NCBI GenBank assembly: GCA_951406725.2
Contig: OX597822.1
Location: 103,230,001-103,294,000 of the forward strand
DNA length: 64,000 nt
Reading direction: 5' to 3'
Source of the DNA: Octopus vulgaris
Taxonomy: Eukaryota
Shown here: one piece after another, positions 40,245-53,445 of the stretch
How positions within the stretch are numbered: the first letter of the stretch is position 1
Layout: each line of letters begins with the position of its first letter
Program-made: the position numbers and the translations under genes
Notes under the pieces: generated by a model
What the model saw: the letters and a program-made list of their open reading frames with translations, nothing else
Databases searched by the model: none
Told to the model about the DNA's origin: nothing

Positions 40245-40739
40245 CTGTTGACTTAGATATGTTGTTTGCAGACCACATAATTATATGGTTTGACTAAAGA
40301 CCTGTGTATAAGACGGTTTTCATTTGTAACAATTTATTGAAACCTTAGCATAACATAACACAATTTTTCCAAACAATATACACGAACAATAGAAACAAAA
40401 CAAGACTTATGCTGGTTATAGAAAATGTTGCACATAATGATTACAATACTTAGAAACAATATAAACGTTCTCTTTCCACCAAAGGAAACCGAATGTTTGT
40501 TTATCCGTCACGTAGTAAAATATTCAATAACAATTGAAATCAGAAATTATAAAACTCTTATTTGCTGCAAACAATGATACAGCGATAACCAAGAAATTGT
40601 TAAAAACTTTCTTCCAACCAAAGATAAACGAATATTTGTTTTTCCGTGACGTAGTAAAATATTCAATAGTAATTGAAGTCATACAAATTATAATATCTCA
40701 TACAAATTATAATAACGCTGGGTCATAGTGCTAGTGCAT

Positions 40740-41064
40740 GCATACACAGCTACGTACGTGTGCGCACATACACGTGAGTACTGTCCAAATCTCCGACCAA
40801 TCACATACAGCTAGTTGGCATTCAATTGGCGTATCAAGTTTCGAGCATTTTGATTGGGTTTTGGATAGAAAATTCACAAAAAAGTAACTTCTATTGATTT
40901 TTAATGGCTTTGTGGGGTGACTGGGGAAATGTAAAGATGTGCACGACCACCCTTGGACGGTTTTGAATGACCATAGAAAGTGCGAGCCCTCTAACTGAAA
41001 AATTGTGGATTTGTATAAAGGACACACACACACACAGACATTTTGCCATTTATATAGAGAGAGA
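40740..41064 (-). mobile_element. Helitron-like 5' fragment
   Basis: Minus strand TCTCTCTCTATATAAATGGCAAAATGTCTGTGTG start, similar to the 6603 element. Confidence 0.55.
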
Positions 41065-41209
41065 TAATACACTGGTTAATCATTAATGGTATGTCGTTCA
41101 GCTAAGCAACATATAATGTTAAGAGCGTCTGTTATTTTCATTGTGGGTGAAGTTACTGTTTTTGTTTTCATCAACATTGGTTTTGAAGCTATGTACCTCC
41201 ATCACCTTT

Positions 41210-41594
41210 TGGAGGCGCAATGGCCCAGTGGTTAGGGCAGCGGACTCGCGGTCATAGGATCGCGGTTTCGATTCCCAGGCCGGGCGTTGTGAGTGTTTAT
41301 TGAGCGAAAACACCTAAAAGCTCCACGAGGCTCCGGCAGGGGATGGTGGTGATCCCTGCTGTACTCTTTCACCACAACTTTCTCTCACTCTTACTTCCTG
41401 TTTCTGTTGTACCTGTACTTCAAAGGGCCGGCCTTGTCACTCTCTGTGTCACGCTGAATATCCCCGAGAACTACGTTAAGGGTACACGTGTCTGTGGAGT
41501 GCTCAGCCACTTACACGTTAATTTCACGAGCAGGCTGTTCCATTGATTCGGATCAACCGGAACCCTCGTCGTCGTAACCGACGGAGTGCTTCCA
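41210..41594 (+). mobile_element. SINE C
   Basis: Full length. Confidence 0.93.
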
Positions 41595-41877
41595 CACCTT
41601 CATCACCGACCAAAAACCAAAACCAAAACAAACAGAAACAAAGAAAAAAGCAACACTCCTTCTCCGAAATATGAGATATTTGCTGGACCTTAAATTGCTA
41701 CACGGCGCCAATAGCCGGGTGAAATCGTGGGTGACTGTCATGCAGAGTCTCAATAAAAGTGTATATTGTAACATCAATAATTCTGAAGAACTGGTAACGG
41801 ATGCGTACATAAATGAAGGCATCCCTTACTTCCTTTTCGTGCAGAGGAAGGTACTTTTTGTTCTGCAAGTATGGAAG

Positions 41878-42206
41878 GAAGGAGCACTCCGTTGGTTGCG
41901 ACGACGAGGGTCCCAGCTGATACGATCAACGGAACAGCTTTGCTCGTGAAATTAACGTGCAAGTGACTGAGCAATCCACAGACACGTGTACCCCTAATGT
42001 AGTTCTCAGGGAGATTCAGCGTGACACAGAGCGTGACAAGGCCGGCCCTTTGAAATACAGGTACTACTCATTTTTGCCAGCTGAGTGCACTGGAGCAACG
42101 TGAAATAAAGTATCTTGCTCAAGGACACAAAGCGTCGCTGGGAATTGAACTCATGACCTTACAATCGTGAGCCGAATGCCCCTAACTACTAAGCCACGCG
42201 CCTTCA
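41878..42206 (-). mobile_element. Chimeric SINE: CORE-type head with C tail
   Basis: CORE CTCAGCTGGCAAAAATGAGTA joined to GTACCTGTATTTCAAAGGGCCGG. Confidence 0.82.
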
Positions 42207-43156
42207 CTCTGCAGGTATACGTTTACATCTAATAAGGAAATGAAACGCTTGTGGTTTCTCATGCTAACGATCAATCTAGAGCTCTCCACCCGACACGTTG
42301 TACCCCTGAGGCTCTTTAAACACTCGGTTCTATGTTTGCAACAGTCTCTGGGTGTATGGAAGAAGCTCATAAACTTTTCATCCACTTTCCAGGGAGCTGA
42401 TGCTCCCATTAAAGACGTAGTAACGTCTGCTCATCATGTAGGACAAAGATCACTGGGTAAAAGTCTGACAAACGAAGGACAGGAAGAAAATCATAGCTTC
42501 ACTATGATTTTCATCCCAGCTGCTTTTCTTCAGCGCTTGTACCATGGCTTGTACTCATCTGCTTGACAGGAGATGGAAATAAAATTTAGAGTCGCGTTCA
42601 GTGAGTTCTGATAGTTTCATTGACTGGAAAATTACCAAACATTTCGACTCTTATAATTTGTTCTATAATTTCTGTGTGTTTTCACTTGCTATTTTATTAC
42701 GGCAAAATAGCAATATTTAGTTATGTTCAAGCTGGGAGCATGTTTTATGATTTCTTAATTATTCTTTTCTAATATCTTATGATGTTATTATATGCAACAA
42801 TATATTTTACCTCTCTAAATTTTTGTTTGTGTTGTTCCAGCAATGTTATGTAATCAATGAAATAAATAGCCATGAATCAGAAAGTTTGCTACCCAAGGCA
42901 TAACATAACGAAGTCATTAAACATAACTCGATCAACAGAAATGATATAAACAAACATCATTTTTTGTTTCTGTTTTATGTAACAACTTCAAAACTAACGT
43001 TGCTGAGAATAGTAAAGTCATCCACAATGAAAATAAAATTTGTTCTTGTTAAAATCATTACATGTTGTTCGCCTGAACAATAAAGCATTGATGATTAATT
43101 GTATTAAATGCGAAAATGTTATAATTTCTGTGTTTTTAGTTATTATTGAATGTGTC

Positions 43157-43388
<232 letters not shown>

Positions 43389-43726
43389 TAAAATCAAAAC
43401 TAAATGTTCAGCTTTCGGCGTGTAGATGAATATAATTAAATATACAGGGTGTTTGGGTTAAATTTAACTGTTTGCATAAAAGGAAAAGAAAGCACAATAT
43501 CCCATCCCCAAAAATAAAGAATTAAAAAAAAACAACAACAAATATTATCAACTAGATTAAGGCTGAGAGAGATAACAGTTTACTCAAAGTAGCTGCCTTC
43601 AGCTTCCATCACAACTTCAAGACGGTTCCAGAACCTGGCAAATGCTTTCATCACTATGTTCCTGGGAAGATCTTCGAACATCCCCTTCCTGTTGGCCACC
43701 ATCTCGGTTTTGGTATTACAGCCAAA

Positions 43727-44141
43727 AAGGCGGCGAGGTGGCATATACGTTAGCACGGCGGGCGAAATGCTTAGCGGCATTTCGTCTGCCGTTACGTTCT
43801 GAGTTCAAATTCTGCCGAGGTCAACTGTGCTTTCATCCTTTCGGGGTCGATAAATTAAGTACCAGTTACGCACTGGGGTCGATGTAATCGACTTAATACC
43901 TATGTCTGTCCTTGTTTGTCCCCTCTATGTTTAGCCCCCTGTGGGTAGTAAAGAAATAGGTATTTCGTCTGCCGTTACGTTGTGAGTTCAAATTCCGCCT
44001 AGGTCGACTTTGCTTTCATCCTTTCGGGGTCGATAAATTAAGTACCAGTTACGCTCTGGGGTCAATGTAATCGACTTAATCCGTTTGTCTGTCCCTGTTT
44101 GTCCTATCTGTGTTTAGACCCTTGTTGGTAGTAAAGAAATA
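43727..44141 (+). mobile_element. SINE B dimer with TSD GGTATTACAG(C/T)CAAA
   Basis: TSD at 43712 and 44142. Confidence 0.9.
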
Positions 44142-45169
44142 GGTATTACAGTCAAAGTGGTTGGTGTCTTCTCAACTGTACCTCACACACAATAATCCAT
44201 GGGATTACTATTGAGGGAATTAGGAGCCCATGAATTAGGGCTGGTGCAGTCATAGCAATTCTCCGACAACTAATTCATACTCTTTCCGGACGGGTGGCAA
44301 TGAGTTGAATTCAGTTGCTACACGGGGGCCTTCCCGAAGCAACCCTCTCCAGCCAGGGGTTAATCAATTAGTCCCCAGCAGCTTCACATAGGCGTCTGAA
44401 TTGAGCTTAAGGCCCTGTTCCTGAAGTTGCTAGATGGATTTGGGCGTACGGACGCAGTCAGAACACCAGCTGTGTTCCTTCTTGATGGCCATGGCTTTGT
44501 CGTCCCCCATTGTAGCGGTCCATATCACGTCTTACAACTTTTATTGTGTTCACAGAGTATTGAGCAGGAGTCATGATGTGGTATTTTGCTACTGGGCGCG
44601 AATCCACATGTTAGATCTAAGTCTTTTCCAATATTCAGATGGCTTCTGAGCTCAAATTCCGCCGAGGCCTACACTGCTTTTCATTCTTTCGGGGTCGATA
44701 AAATAAGTACCTATTTCTTTATTACCCACAAGGGGCTAAACATAGAGGGGACGAACAAGGACAGACATAGGTATTAAGTCGATTACATCGACCCCAGTGC
44801 GTAACTGGTGCTTAATTTATCAACCCCGAAAGGATGAAAGGCAAAGTCGACCTCGGCGGAATTTGAACTCACAACGTAACGGCAGACGAAATACCGCTTA
44901 GCATTTCGCCCGGGGCGCTAACGATTCTGCCAGCTCGCCGATAAAATAAGTACCGTTTGAGCACTGGGGTCGATGTAATCGACTTACTCCTCCCCCCCCG
45001 AAATTGTTGACCTTTTGCCAAAATTTGAAAACAATATTCAGAAGGCTTCCAGTCCTCCGTGTCAGTTCACTTCTTTTTTCATCTACAACTTTAACCTTTA
45101 TACTCTCCAACGTCGTTGGCTGTTCACCAATACATCAAGCGGTTCCTTGAAAGAGGAGATATAAAATAC

Positions 45170-45640
45170 CTATTTTTTTGCTACACACAAGGGGCTAAAC
45201 ACAGAGGGGACAAACAAGGACAGACAAACGGGTTAAGTCGATTACATTGACTCCAGTACGTAACTGGTACTTCACTCATCGACCCCGAAAGGATGAAAAG
45301 CAAAGTCGACATCGGCGGAATTTGAACTCAGAACGTAGCGGCAGACGAAATACGGCTACGCATTTCACCCGGCGTGCTAACGTTTCTGCCAGCACGCCGC
45401 CTTAAGGATATATAAAATACCTATTTCTTTACTACCCACAAGGGGCTAAACAAAGAGAGGACAAACAAGGACATACACAGGGATTAAGTCGATTATATCG
45501 ACCCCAGTGCGTAACTGGTACTTAATTTATCGAACCCGAAAGGATGAAAAGCAAAGTCGACATCGGCGGAATTTTAACTCACAACGTAACGCAGACGAAA
45601 TACCGCCTAGCATTTCGCCCGGCGTGCTAACGTTTCTGCC
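45170..45640 (-). mobile_element. Two SINE B copies at one site
   Basis: ATATAAAATACC present three times (about 45159, 45410, 45641). Confidence 0.88.
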
Positions 45641-46116
45641 ATATAAAATACCATCAAATTTAACCCGAACACTTTGTATATACCCGTGCTATCAAAATTA
45701 GTAATATTGAAAATGATGTTGAAGTTGGTATTTAAAAAATGCTTCGAAATAACATACATTCCATACATTTAATATACACTTGTAAAAATAATTAAATTTT
45801 TGTTGAAAATAATTTGAAAGATCGGATCTAAAGTGAATTAAATATGAAGGAAAGATTTATATAAATTGCTTTAATATTTCAGTGAGGTTAATAGAATAAA
45901 ACAATTTTATTTAATCATTTAATTGATTTCTCCAGCTGGTATTTTATTAAATCACTGGTGCGCATGCGCTATCAAAAGAGACAACTGCAACTCACGCGTT
46001 TACCACCAGCAGGTTATTTACTTTCTTCACATATAAATGACACCATCGATAAAACATAATACCTTGAGGATTTTTGTCACGTGCCCGTGTTCATCTTCAT
46101 TAGTTTATTACTGACC

Positions 46117-47723
46117 TGGCTGTGTGGTAAATAGCTTGTTTACGAACCACATAGTTCCGGGTTCATTCCCACTGCGTGGCACCTTGGGCAAGTGTCTTCT
46201 ACTATAGCCTCGGGCCGACTAAAGACTTGTGAGTGGATTTGGTAGATGGAAACTGAAAGAAGCCCGTCGTATATATGTATGTGTATATATATATATACTA
46301 GCAGTATCGCCCGGCGTTGCTCGGGTTGTAAGGGAAATAACTATATAAGCATTTTTAGAGAGTTATAGCCAAAAAATAGCAAAAAAATGCATTAAAAATT
46401 GAAAAAAAAATTAAGGTAAATTTTTTTTAAATCGTTGACACATCGTAGATATTTTTAGAGAGTTACTTCCCTTATATAAAAGCGAAAAAAATGCATTAAA
46501 ATGGAAAAATATGATGGTAAATTTTTTAAAAATCGTAGACTCATCGTAGACGCGCGCTAATACCCAGAAGGGCTCGATATGAATCACGACTATAAGATAC
46601 CCGCTTTTGGTTAAACTGCACCGCAAAATGTGGGAGTAGTTACGAATCTAAATCGTAGGAGACAGACACACAACTTCACTCTTATATAAAGATGCTTTTT
46701 TTTTCAGTCATAGAGTTAGATTTATGAAGGTCTTCAGTAGAAAATCCTTCGAATTCTGACTCGCTGCTTGATATAATGAAATTCGTATCCATTTTTTGTC
46801 AGAATTACAAATTTTGAAAACACAATAGGAACAAATTTCGGAAAAAAAATCTCCCATAATTCACGGAATTAAAATTACACTTCGATTTTTGTACAAAACT
46901 GTATTTGAAGTGTTTACGAAGTATAATACGTGTTTTCACGAATGTACTAAAGAGATTTACTCTGATATTCTCATTTAAATATGAATAGGTAAATTCGGGC
47001 GGTTTGGTAACGAAAGGGTTTATATAAGTGTCGTCTGTTTATACATAAACACTGTTTCATACTTTCAGTTTAGTCTTCCTCAAATCACTCTGTCGCTATT
47101 TACTCTCTTCCAAGAACATTTTCACTCACTCTTATCTGTTAGCTTCCCATACATTTTACTCATGCATCTATCAGCGTGATAGACAGAAACAAATATTACA
47201 TCTAGTTTCACTTTATTCGTTGCACACTGTGTGTGTGCGTTTGCGTGTGCTGTAAACCAGACTAAGAAAAGCATTTGACATACACACCAGAATGTGAGTT
47301 TTCTGTAAATTTTGCTTAATTGGAGTTTAAATTTTAAAAACTGGACCTGGCAAAACCCGATGCATTCTACTCTTAAAAATGCTAGGTAAATTGTAATTGA
47401 AGAAATCCTATATTGTAGATTTCTATAACTGACAAAGGGAGGCAGATAAAATCTGCCTTTTATAATAAGAGATATATATATATGAATGTGTGTGTATATG
47501 TTTGTGTGTGTATATGTTTGTGTGTATATGTTTGTGTGTGTATGTTTGTTCCCCCCAACATCGCTTGACAACCGATGCTGGTGTGTTTACGTTCCCGTAA
47601 CTTAACGGTTCGGCGAAAGAGACCGATAGAATAATAAGTCCTGAGGTCGATTTGCTCGACTAAAGGCGGTGCTCCAGCATGGCCGCAGTCAAATGCCTGA
47701 AACAAGTAAAAGAGTAAAAGAGT
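46117..47723 (+). mobile_element. SINE A split by nested elements (5' half 46117-46290, 3' half about 47480-47723)
   Basis: Halves match intact copies. The interior holds a Helitron, a piggyBac-like end (GTAACGAAAGGGTT near 47015) and a Helitron-like 5' end at 47472. Confidence 0.8.
46298..46692 (-). mobile_element. Non-autonomous Helitron
   Basis: Reverse complement of 36132-36522. Confidence 0.82.
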
Positions 47724-47756
47724 ATATAAACAATCAATACAAATGAGTAATTTAGA

Positions 47757-47811
<55 letters not shown>

Positions 47812-47849
47812 TGCTTACTACTTTAGGTTATGACATTCGATCAAAGATG

Positions 47850-48070
47850 ATGAGAGCGTCGGCCCAAGACATTTATCCGCCTCTGTCTCCTGCACACCGT
47901 TTCTTATGGCAGCAGACGTGGTTGACAAGACCGATACAAGCCGGGCAGATCCTGTGGCACTAAGGGCACTGAAATTGACCCCGAACAATAGCTGGAGGTG
48001 GGATGACGACGTCTCCTCTTCTCTTCATCTAGTCTCCTGCGTTTACTTTCAAAGTGCTCTACTCCAGCGT

Positions 48071-48071
<1 letters not shown>
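47850..48071 (-). mobile_element. RTE-clade LINE 3' end fragment
   Basis: Minus strand AGVEHFESKRRRLDEEKRRRR / FQCP*CHRICPACIGLVNHVCCH matches the RTE C-terminal C2H2-like tail pattern (C..C.R.C.SRIGL.SH...H). Confidence 0.75.
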
Positions 48072-48361
<290 letters not shown>

Positions 48362-48604
48362 GTGCGCACTACATAAAAGAAGATTTGTAAAATTCAGGCG
48401 ATTACCTCAGCCAGGAAATTTTCCTTAATCACAGAATATAAAACAAAACAAATAAGAAAATAAAGATACTCGTATCTTATTTATTTTCTGGTTCCGACCA
48501 TTTCAGCGACTCAACTGAAAAAAAAATTAGTAGTACCTGTATTTCAAAGGACCAGCCTTGTCACATTCTGTGTCACACTGATTTTCCCTTTGAACTACGT
48601 TAAA

Positions 48605-48825
48605 CCCTTTTGTTACCAACCCGGCTGAAACCGGCTTTGGCTCTTTAGTATAAATGTCTTGTTTCCATAAGTTTCGAATTAAAATCTTCCACCAAACCTT
48701 AGTCACAATTAATGTTTCTAACACCAGCTAAATGATAACTAAGTTATTTTACTAAATTCTTTGTTATATTTAAAGTAATTGAAAGAAACACAGAGCATCT
48801 CAAAACAAATACAGTAATGAAAGGG
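48605..48825. mobile_element. piggyBac-type MITE nested in a SINE C tail
   Basis: TTAA at 48600-48603 and 48826-48829; termini CCCTTTTGTTAC / GTAATGAAAGGG. Host tail GAACTACGTTAAGGGTA is restored on removal. Confidence 0.82.
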
Positions 48826-48843
48826 TTAAGGGTATACGTGTCT

Positions 48844-49008
48844 GAGTTCAAATTCCGCCGAGGTCGACTTCGCCTATCATCCTTTCGGGGTCGATAAATT
48901 AAGTATCAGTTACGCACTGGGGTCGATATAATCGACTTAATCCGTTTGTCTGTCCATGTTTGTCTTCTCTGTGTTTAGTCTCTTGTGGGTAGTAAAGAAA
49001 TAGAAATA
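48844..49008 (+). mobile_element. 5'-truncated SINE B nested in the same SINE tail
   Basis: TSD GGTATACGTGTCTG on both sides. Confidence 0.88.
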
Positions 49009-49159
49009 GGTATACGTGTCTGTGGAGTGCTCAGCTACTTGTACGTTAATTTCACGAGCAGGCTGTTCCGTTAATCGGATCAACTGAAACCCTTATCGTC
49101 GTAAGCAATGGTGTGCCAGTATACATGTTTACCTGTCAAATCTTTGAAGTGAGCTGCAG

Positions 49160-49664
49160 CCACTAATCATGAAATAGACGTTGTATCAAATTATATTGTA
49201 CGAGCAAAACGTCCCCGTCTTTGGTTTTGTTAAACGAAGTTAAGGCAAAAAAAAAAAAAAAAAACTTCTCGAGAAACCAAATAGTCCTTCCTTCCCTCAT
49301 GCCAAGTTTAAAGAAAATACTTCTTTTGCATCTTACTTTTTGGGTCTCTAAAATAATGTACTGCATTTTGTGGCATTATTTCAAGCCAGCCGGCTTTTTT
49401 TTGCGCAAACTGCACGTGCATTTTTCTTGCGTACGCGTAGTATCGATCGCAACAGCTGATGTACTTGCGCATACAAATGCACGTTCCCACGGCTTTATCG
49501 ATCGCATTCTCACCTGGAATCAACTTTTGTAATTTTTTCAAGACTTATACACGCCCTGATACCATCGGTATCTACATATCAAATTTGAGCGCAATCGGAT
49601 GGAGGATGCCCGAGATCCTAGAAGACACACACACAGACAGACTAAACGGATTTTATATAATAGA
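49160..49664 (-). mobile_element. Helitron-like non-autonomous fragment
   Basis: Minus strand TCTATTATATAAAATCCG...GTCTGTCTGTGTG...CCGATTGCGCTCAAATTTG start. No clear CTAG end. Confidence 0.5.
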
Positions 49665-50253
49665 TAGCGTGGTTATGAGAATAGGATAAATGGGTTGTTA
49701 AGATTGGTGGTGTATATTTATTTCCCTAAATTTAATGCATTAGAATTACGAGAGATACAACTGGTTAACCTAATGGAACTACCCATATTTCCGATTAGCC
49801 AGTTACACTTCCGCCTAACTTCATATAGAACTGCTGATATTCCCGCTTTGAATGTTCATTGTTGTTAGTCTTGCTAATCTGACAACACATCAAATATCAA
49901 CATGCATACGATTGACCCGAGGATTTGGGAGATTATTGTATTGTAACGTATTTCACAACTGAACGCACGATGTTACATCACAATAAAATCTCTTAATGAA
50001 ACATTGTAGCGTGAAAATATAATCTATTCGTCTGTTTTTATTACATGCGTGTACATGCGTATGTATGTGTGCCTGTGCTTGTCACCCTACCCATTGGCAA
50101 CCGGTGTTAGTTTGTTTACGTCCCCGTAACTTAGCAGCTTGGAAAAATAGTCCTATAGATTGAGTACTAGGCTTAAAAGTAAGTACTGGTGTCGATTTGT
50201 TCAGCTAAACCTTTCAAGGCAGAGCCTCAGCATAATTGCAGTTGAAACAAGTA

Positions 50254-50357
<104 letters not shown>

Positions 50358-50430
50358 CCCAAAGGGAATTTACTGTGACACAGTGATTTCCCTTTGTTTT
50401 AACGGTCATTTTCATAGCATTTTTTTCGAT

Positions 50431-50496
50431 GGCCAGATAACTGAAGAGATGCCGGCGTGGATTTCCGACATCCGAAATTCAGAGTTTTATCATGGC
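50431..50496 (+). ncRNA. Hammerhead-like motif in a (TA)n-flanked PLE-type fragment (50355-50595)
   Basis: GATAA-CTGAAGA-GATGCCGG..CCGACATC-C-GAAA-TTCAGAG-T-T-TTATC. Confidence 0.6.
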
Positions 50497-50594
50497 TACC
50501 GAATAATTGTCACATACTATATTTACAGATAAATTCCTCTATTTACATAATATCGAGGTCTCTTTCATTCTTTTGTTGTCTTCCATTTCTATCA

Positions 50595-50675
<81 letters not shown>

Positions 50676-50857
50676 AGTAGTTGAATGAATTATCTTAGTA
50701 TGGATAATTCGGTTAACCGACACCTGGGTATCTTCTACATTCAACCATTTTTGACGTCACTGCTTATAACGGAATATTTTAAAGAAACACTCATTATCGC
50801 TATGGACTCCGTGTGGACAGCCATCTAAGAGTTTTTGTTCATCTTGATGCTGACATA

Positions 50858-50960
50858 AGTTCCTTGTTTTTCCTGATGAGAAGGCGGCATAATGCACCCC
50901 TTATTCCTTCGAAATTAGGAATATGCAGCCTTCGAAACATATGTCGAGAATAAAGGAATT
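50858..50960 (+). ncRNA. Canonical type I hammerhead ribozyme motif with GUC cleavage triplet
   Basis: TTTTC-CTGATGA-GAAGGC...GCCTTC-GAAA-CATATG-T-C-GAGAA. Extended stem I AGTTCCTT/AAGGAATT. Lies in a (TA)n-flanked fragment of about 330 bp. Confidence 0.8.
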
Positions 50961-51010
50961 TTGTTAAATCGTCGTTCAACTCCATTCTTTCATTTATTTA
51001 TATATATATA

Positions 51011-51523
51011 CTAGCAGTATCGCCCGGCGTTGCTCGGGTTTGTAAGGGAAATAACTATATAAGCATTTTTAGAGAGTTACTTCCTTTATAGATACCAATT
51101 CGGGCTTTCTTAGCCATTTCTGTTTTGGTGTCTTCAAGCCATGAAGTCGTTGTTCTAAAAGAACGCTGGTCTCCTTGACAACGCATTACGACGTTGATTT
51201 CCTTAAACTCCCTTCCCCACAGCTTCACGAGGGAGGGAAGAAGGGGGAGAAGCAAACAGGTGCAGGTGTGACCGTGGACGCCAACTCCGCCGCCATCGAC
51301 ACACGAAAAATTATGCATTAAAATGGAATAAAAAATGATGTTAAATTATTTTTAAAATCGTAGACTCATCGTAGACGCGCGCTAATAGCCAGACGGGCTC
51401 GATATTAATCACGACTATAAGATACCCGAATTTGGTTAAACTGCACCGCAAAATGTGGGAGGAGTTAGGAATCTAAATCGAAGGGGACAGACACTCACAC
51501 AAGTAGAGTATTATATATATAGA
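51011..51523 (-). mobile_element. Non-autonomous Helitron with an extra internal segment
   Basis: Same termini as the 36132 and 46298 copies; about 51085-51305 is absent from them. Confidence 0.82.
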
Positions 51524-52032
51524 TATATGTCTCAGAATTAACTATTTCAGTGAAATTGAACAATTTAAAAAAAATTAAAAACTCACTTTTATTTATATTT
51601 ATCATGTTTGATACGTGTTAAATGTGTATAAATTTTTTATTTTGTTTTATGATTTTATAATTTTTATAATTTTTTAAATAATTTTATCTACATTCCTGTT
51701 AGATCCCGCTTATCTGTCCACGACAGTTTGGTTGCAACCTATTTTCTATTTCCATCCCCTGGTTGGAGCAATAGTTTAGCTGAATCTAAAGAACCCATCC
51801 AGTTAGCAGTGCAAGAGATAACTCCCGAATTTTTTCAAAATTAAGGATAGATTTGAAATAAGCAGAGTTACAAACGGAGTGAATGTTAACAAATTTCCAT
51901 AAAGTTTTGACGTAAGATTTATAAATCTATTTGTTTTGGTATGATAATTGATAAACACAGACTTCTATCATTCTTTGGTTTTTACATTTATCCGATTTCA
52001 TTGAAATAAATAGTTAATTATGGGACAGCCTG

Positions 52033-52063
<31 letters not shown>

Positions 52064-52325
52064 ATAATAAAAAAAAATTAATTAATTAAAGGATAAAATA
52101 ATATATAAATATAAAAATATACATACATACATATAAATTTTATATATATATAAAATTTATAAGTTTAAATTATTTAAATAATTTTTTATTTTTAACTTTT
52201 ATATTTTAAAATTAATTTTATGTATTGGCTTATGTTTTTCACTGTTTGATTTGCCTAATAGTGGTTTTATCTCTAATTTAATATAATATAATATATATAT
52301 ATATATATATATATTTAGATTTAAT

Positions 52326-52383
<58 letters not shown>

Positions 52384-52887
52384 AATGTATTGGTTTATGA
52401 CAGTCTTCTTTAATTGATATCTGCATAGCTGTGGAAATAGCGAAGCACAAAAGAACCGAAAATAGAACAGAGGTCATGTGATATATTTTGTTATCAACAT
52501 TTCATGAATTTCGAAGAGCCTTGACAATTAGCCAGGTTGAGACAACCAAATTTTGAGGTTTCTTGCAGAACCACGCTTATTAGACATACTGTCTGAATAT
52601 GGCCTCCGTTTCAGCATCGTTAATGGCATCATTTCAGATTAATTTGTAGCTACAACTAAGGATTCTAATTTTCCTCCTACTTGATCGATGGAATCGGCAC
52701 CCGTCCAATCACAATCATTAACTTATTGGTGAAAAATCGCATGAATACTGATCTAAAATACTCCACATATCCTGAAGTAGAAAAAAATCCAGTGCCTTTG
52801 TATATGAGTGTAGTGGGGATAGATTCATTTACCTACCTACTCATCTATCCTATCTCTTTTTCTCTTTCTCTCTCTCTCTCTCTCTAG

Positions 52888-52966
<79 letters not shown>
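52888..52966. repeat. (CTAT)n preceded by (CT)n
   Basis: Seen directly. Confidence 0.95.
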
Positions 52967-53237
52967 CCTTTTCCTCTATTGCGTATTTTAATATATACCT
53001 CTGTGGCTCCGCACACAAATGGTTAGATCCTATTTGGTTTCAATCCTATTTTATCTTCCTATTTTGAGTCTTAGTATGCTGAATACAGCTCCAAAGTATC
53101 TGGCTGTGCTCAAAACAGTATGTGAAGCATGTGACATTAGTTTTCTGCATTGATGCGTCTGCAAGCCCAGGTAGTGCCAGGAACCTTCAAAATCTTTAAA
53201 ATCTTTCTTGTCATAAAACAAAACCTTAGCCTTTATA

Positions 53238-53445
53238 TTGGTTTCAAATTTTGGCACAAGTCCAGCAAGTTCGAGGAGGTGTTAAATGCTAACGACCCCA
53301 GTACACAACTGATACTTATTTTATCGAATTCAAAAGGATGAAAGGTAAAGTCGACATCGGCGGAATATGAACTCAGAACGTTAAAGATGGACGAAATGTC
53401 ACTATTTTCTCGGCGTGCTAACGATTCTGCCAGCCCGTCGCCTTC
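53238..53445 (-). mobile_element. Older SINE B variant
   Basis: Degenerate body with GCCAAAATTTGAAACC tail. Confidence 0.7.

Larger units (their letters stand above)
43445..45676 (-). mobile_element. Internally deleted Tc1/mariner (possibly DD37D-like) element carrying several nested SINE B copies
   Basis: TA-flanked TIRs CAGGGTGTTTGGGTTAAATTT / AAATTTAACCCGAACACTTTG. Minus strand GLKLNSDAYVKLL, WAPNSLNSNPMDY, FEDLPRNIVMKAFARFWNRLEVVMEAEGSYFE*. Confidence 0.85.

Noticed and set aside
41210-41285. tRNA-Arg-like sequence with A and B boxes
   Set aside because: SINE head continuing into a conserved body and tail; acceptor stem not intact.
45959-45970. NRF1-like TGCGCATGCGC motif as a promoter
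   Set aside because: Single motif with no linked exon or CpG island.
47826-47965. Plus-strand exon candidate YDIRSKMMRASAQ...
   Set aside because: The opposite strand explains it better as an RTE C-terminus.
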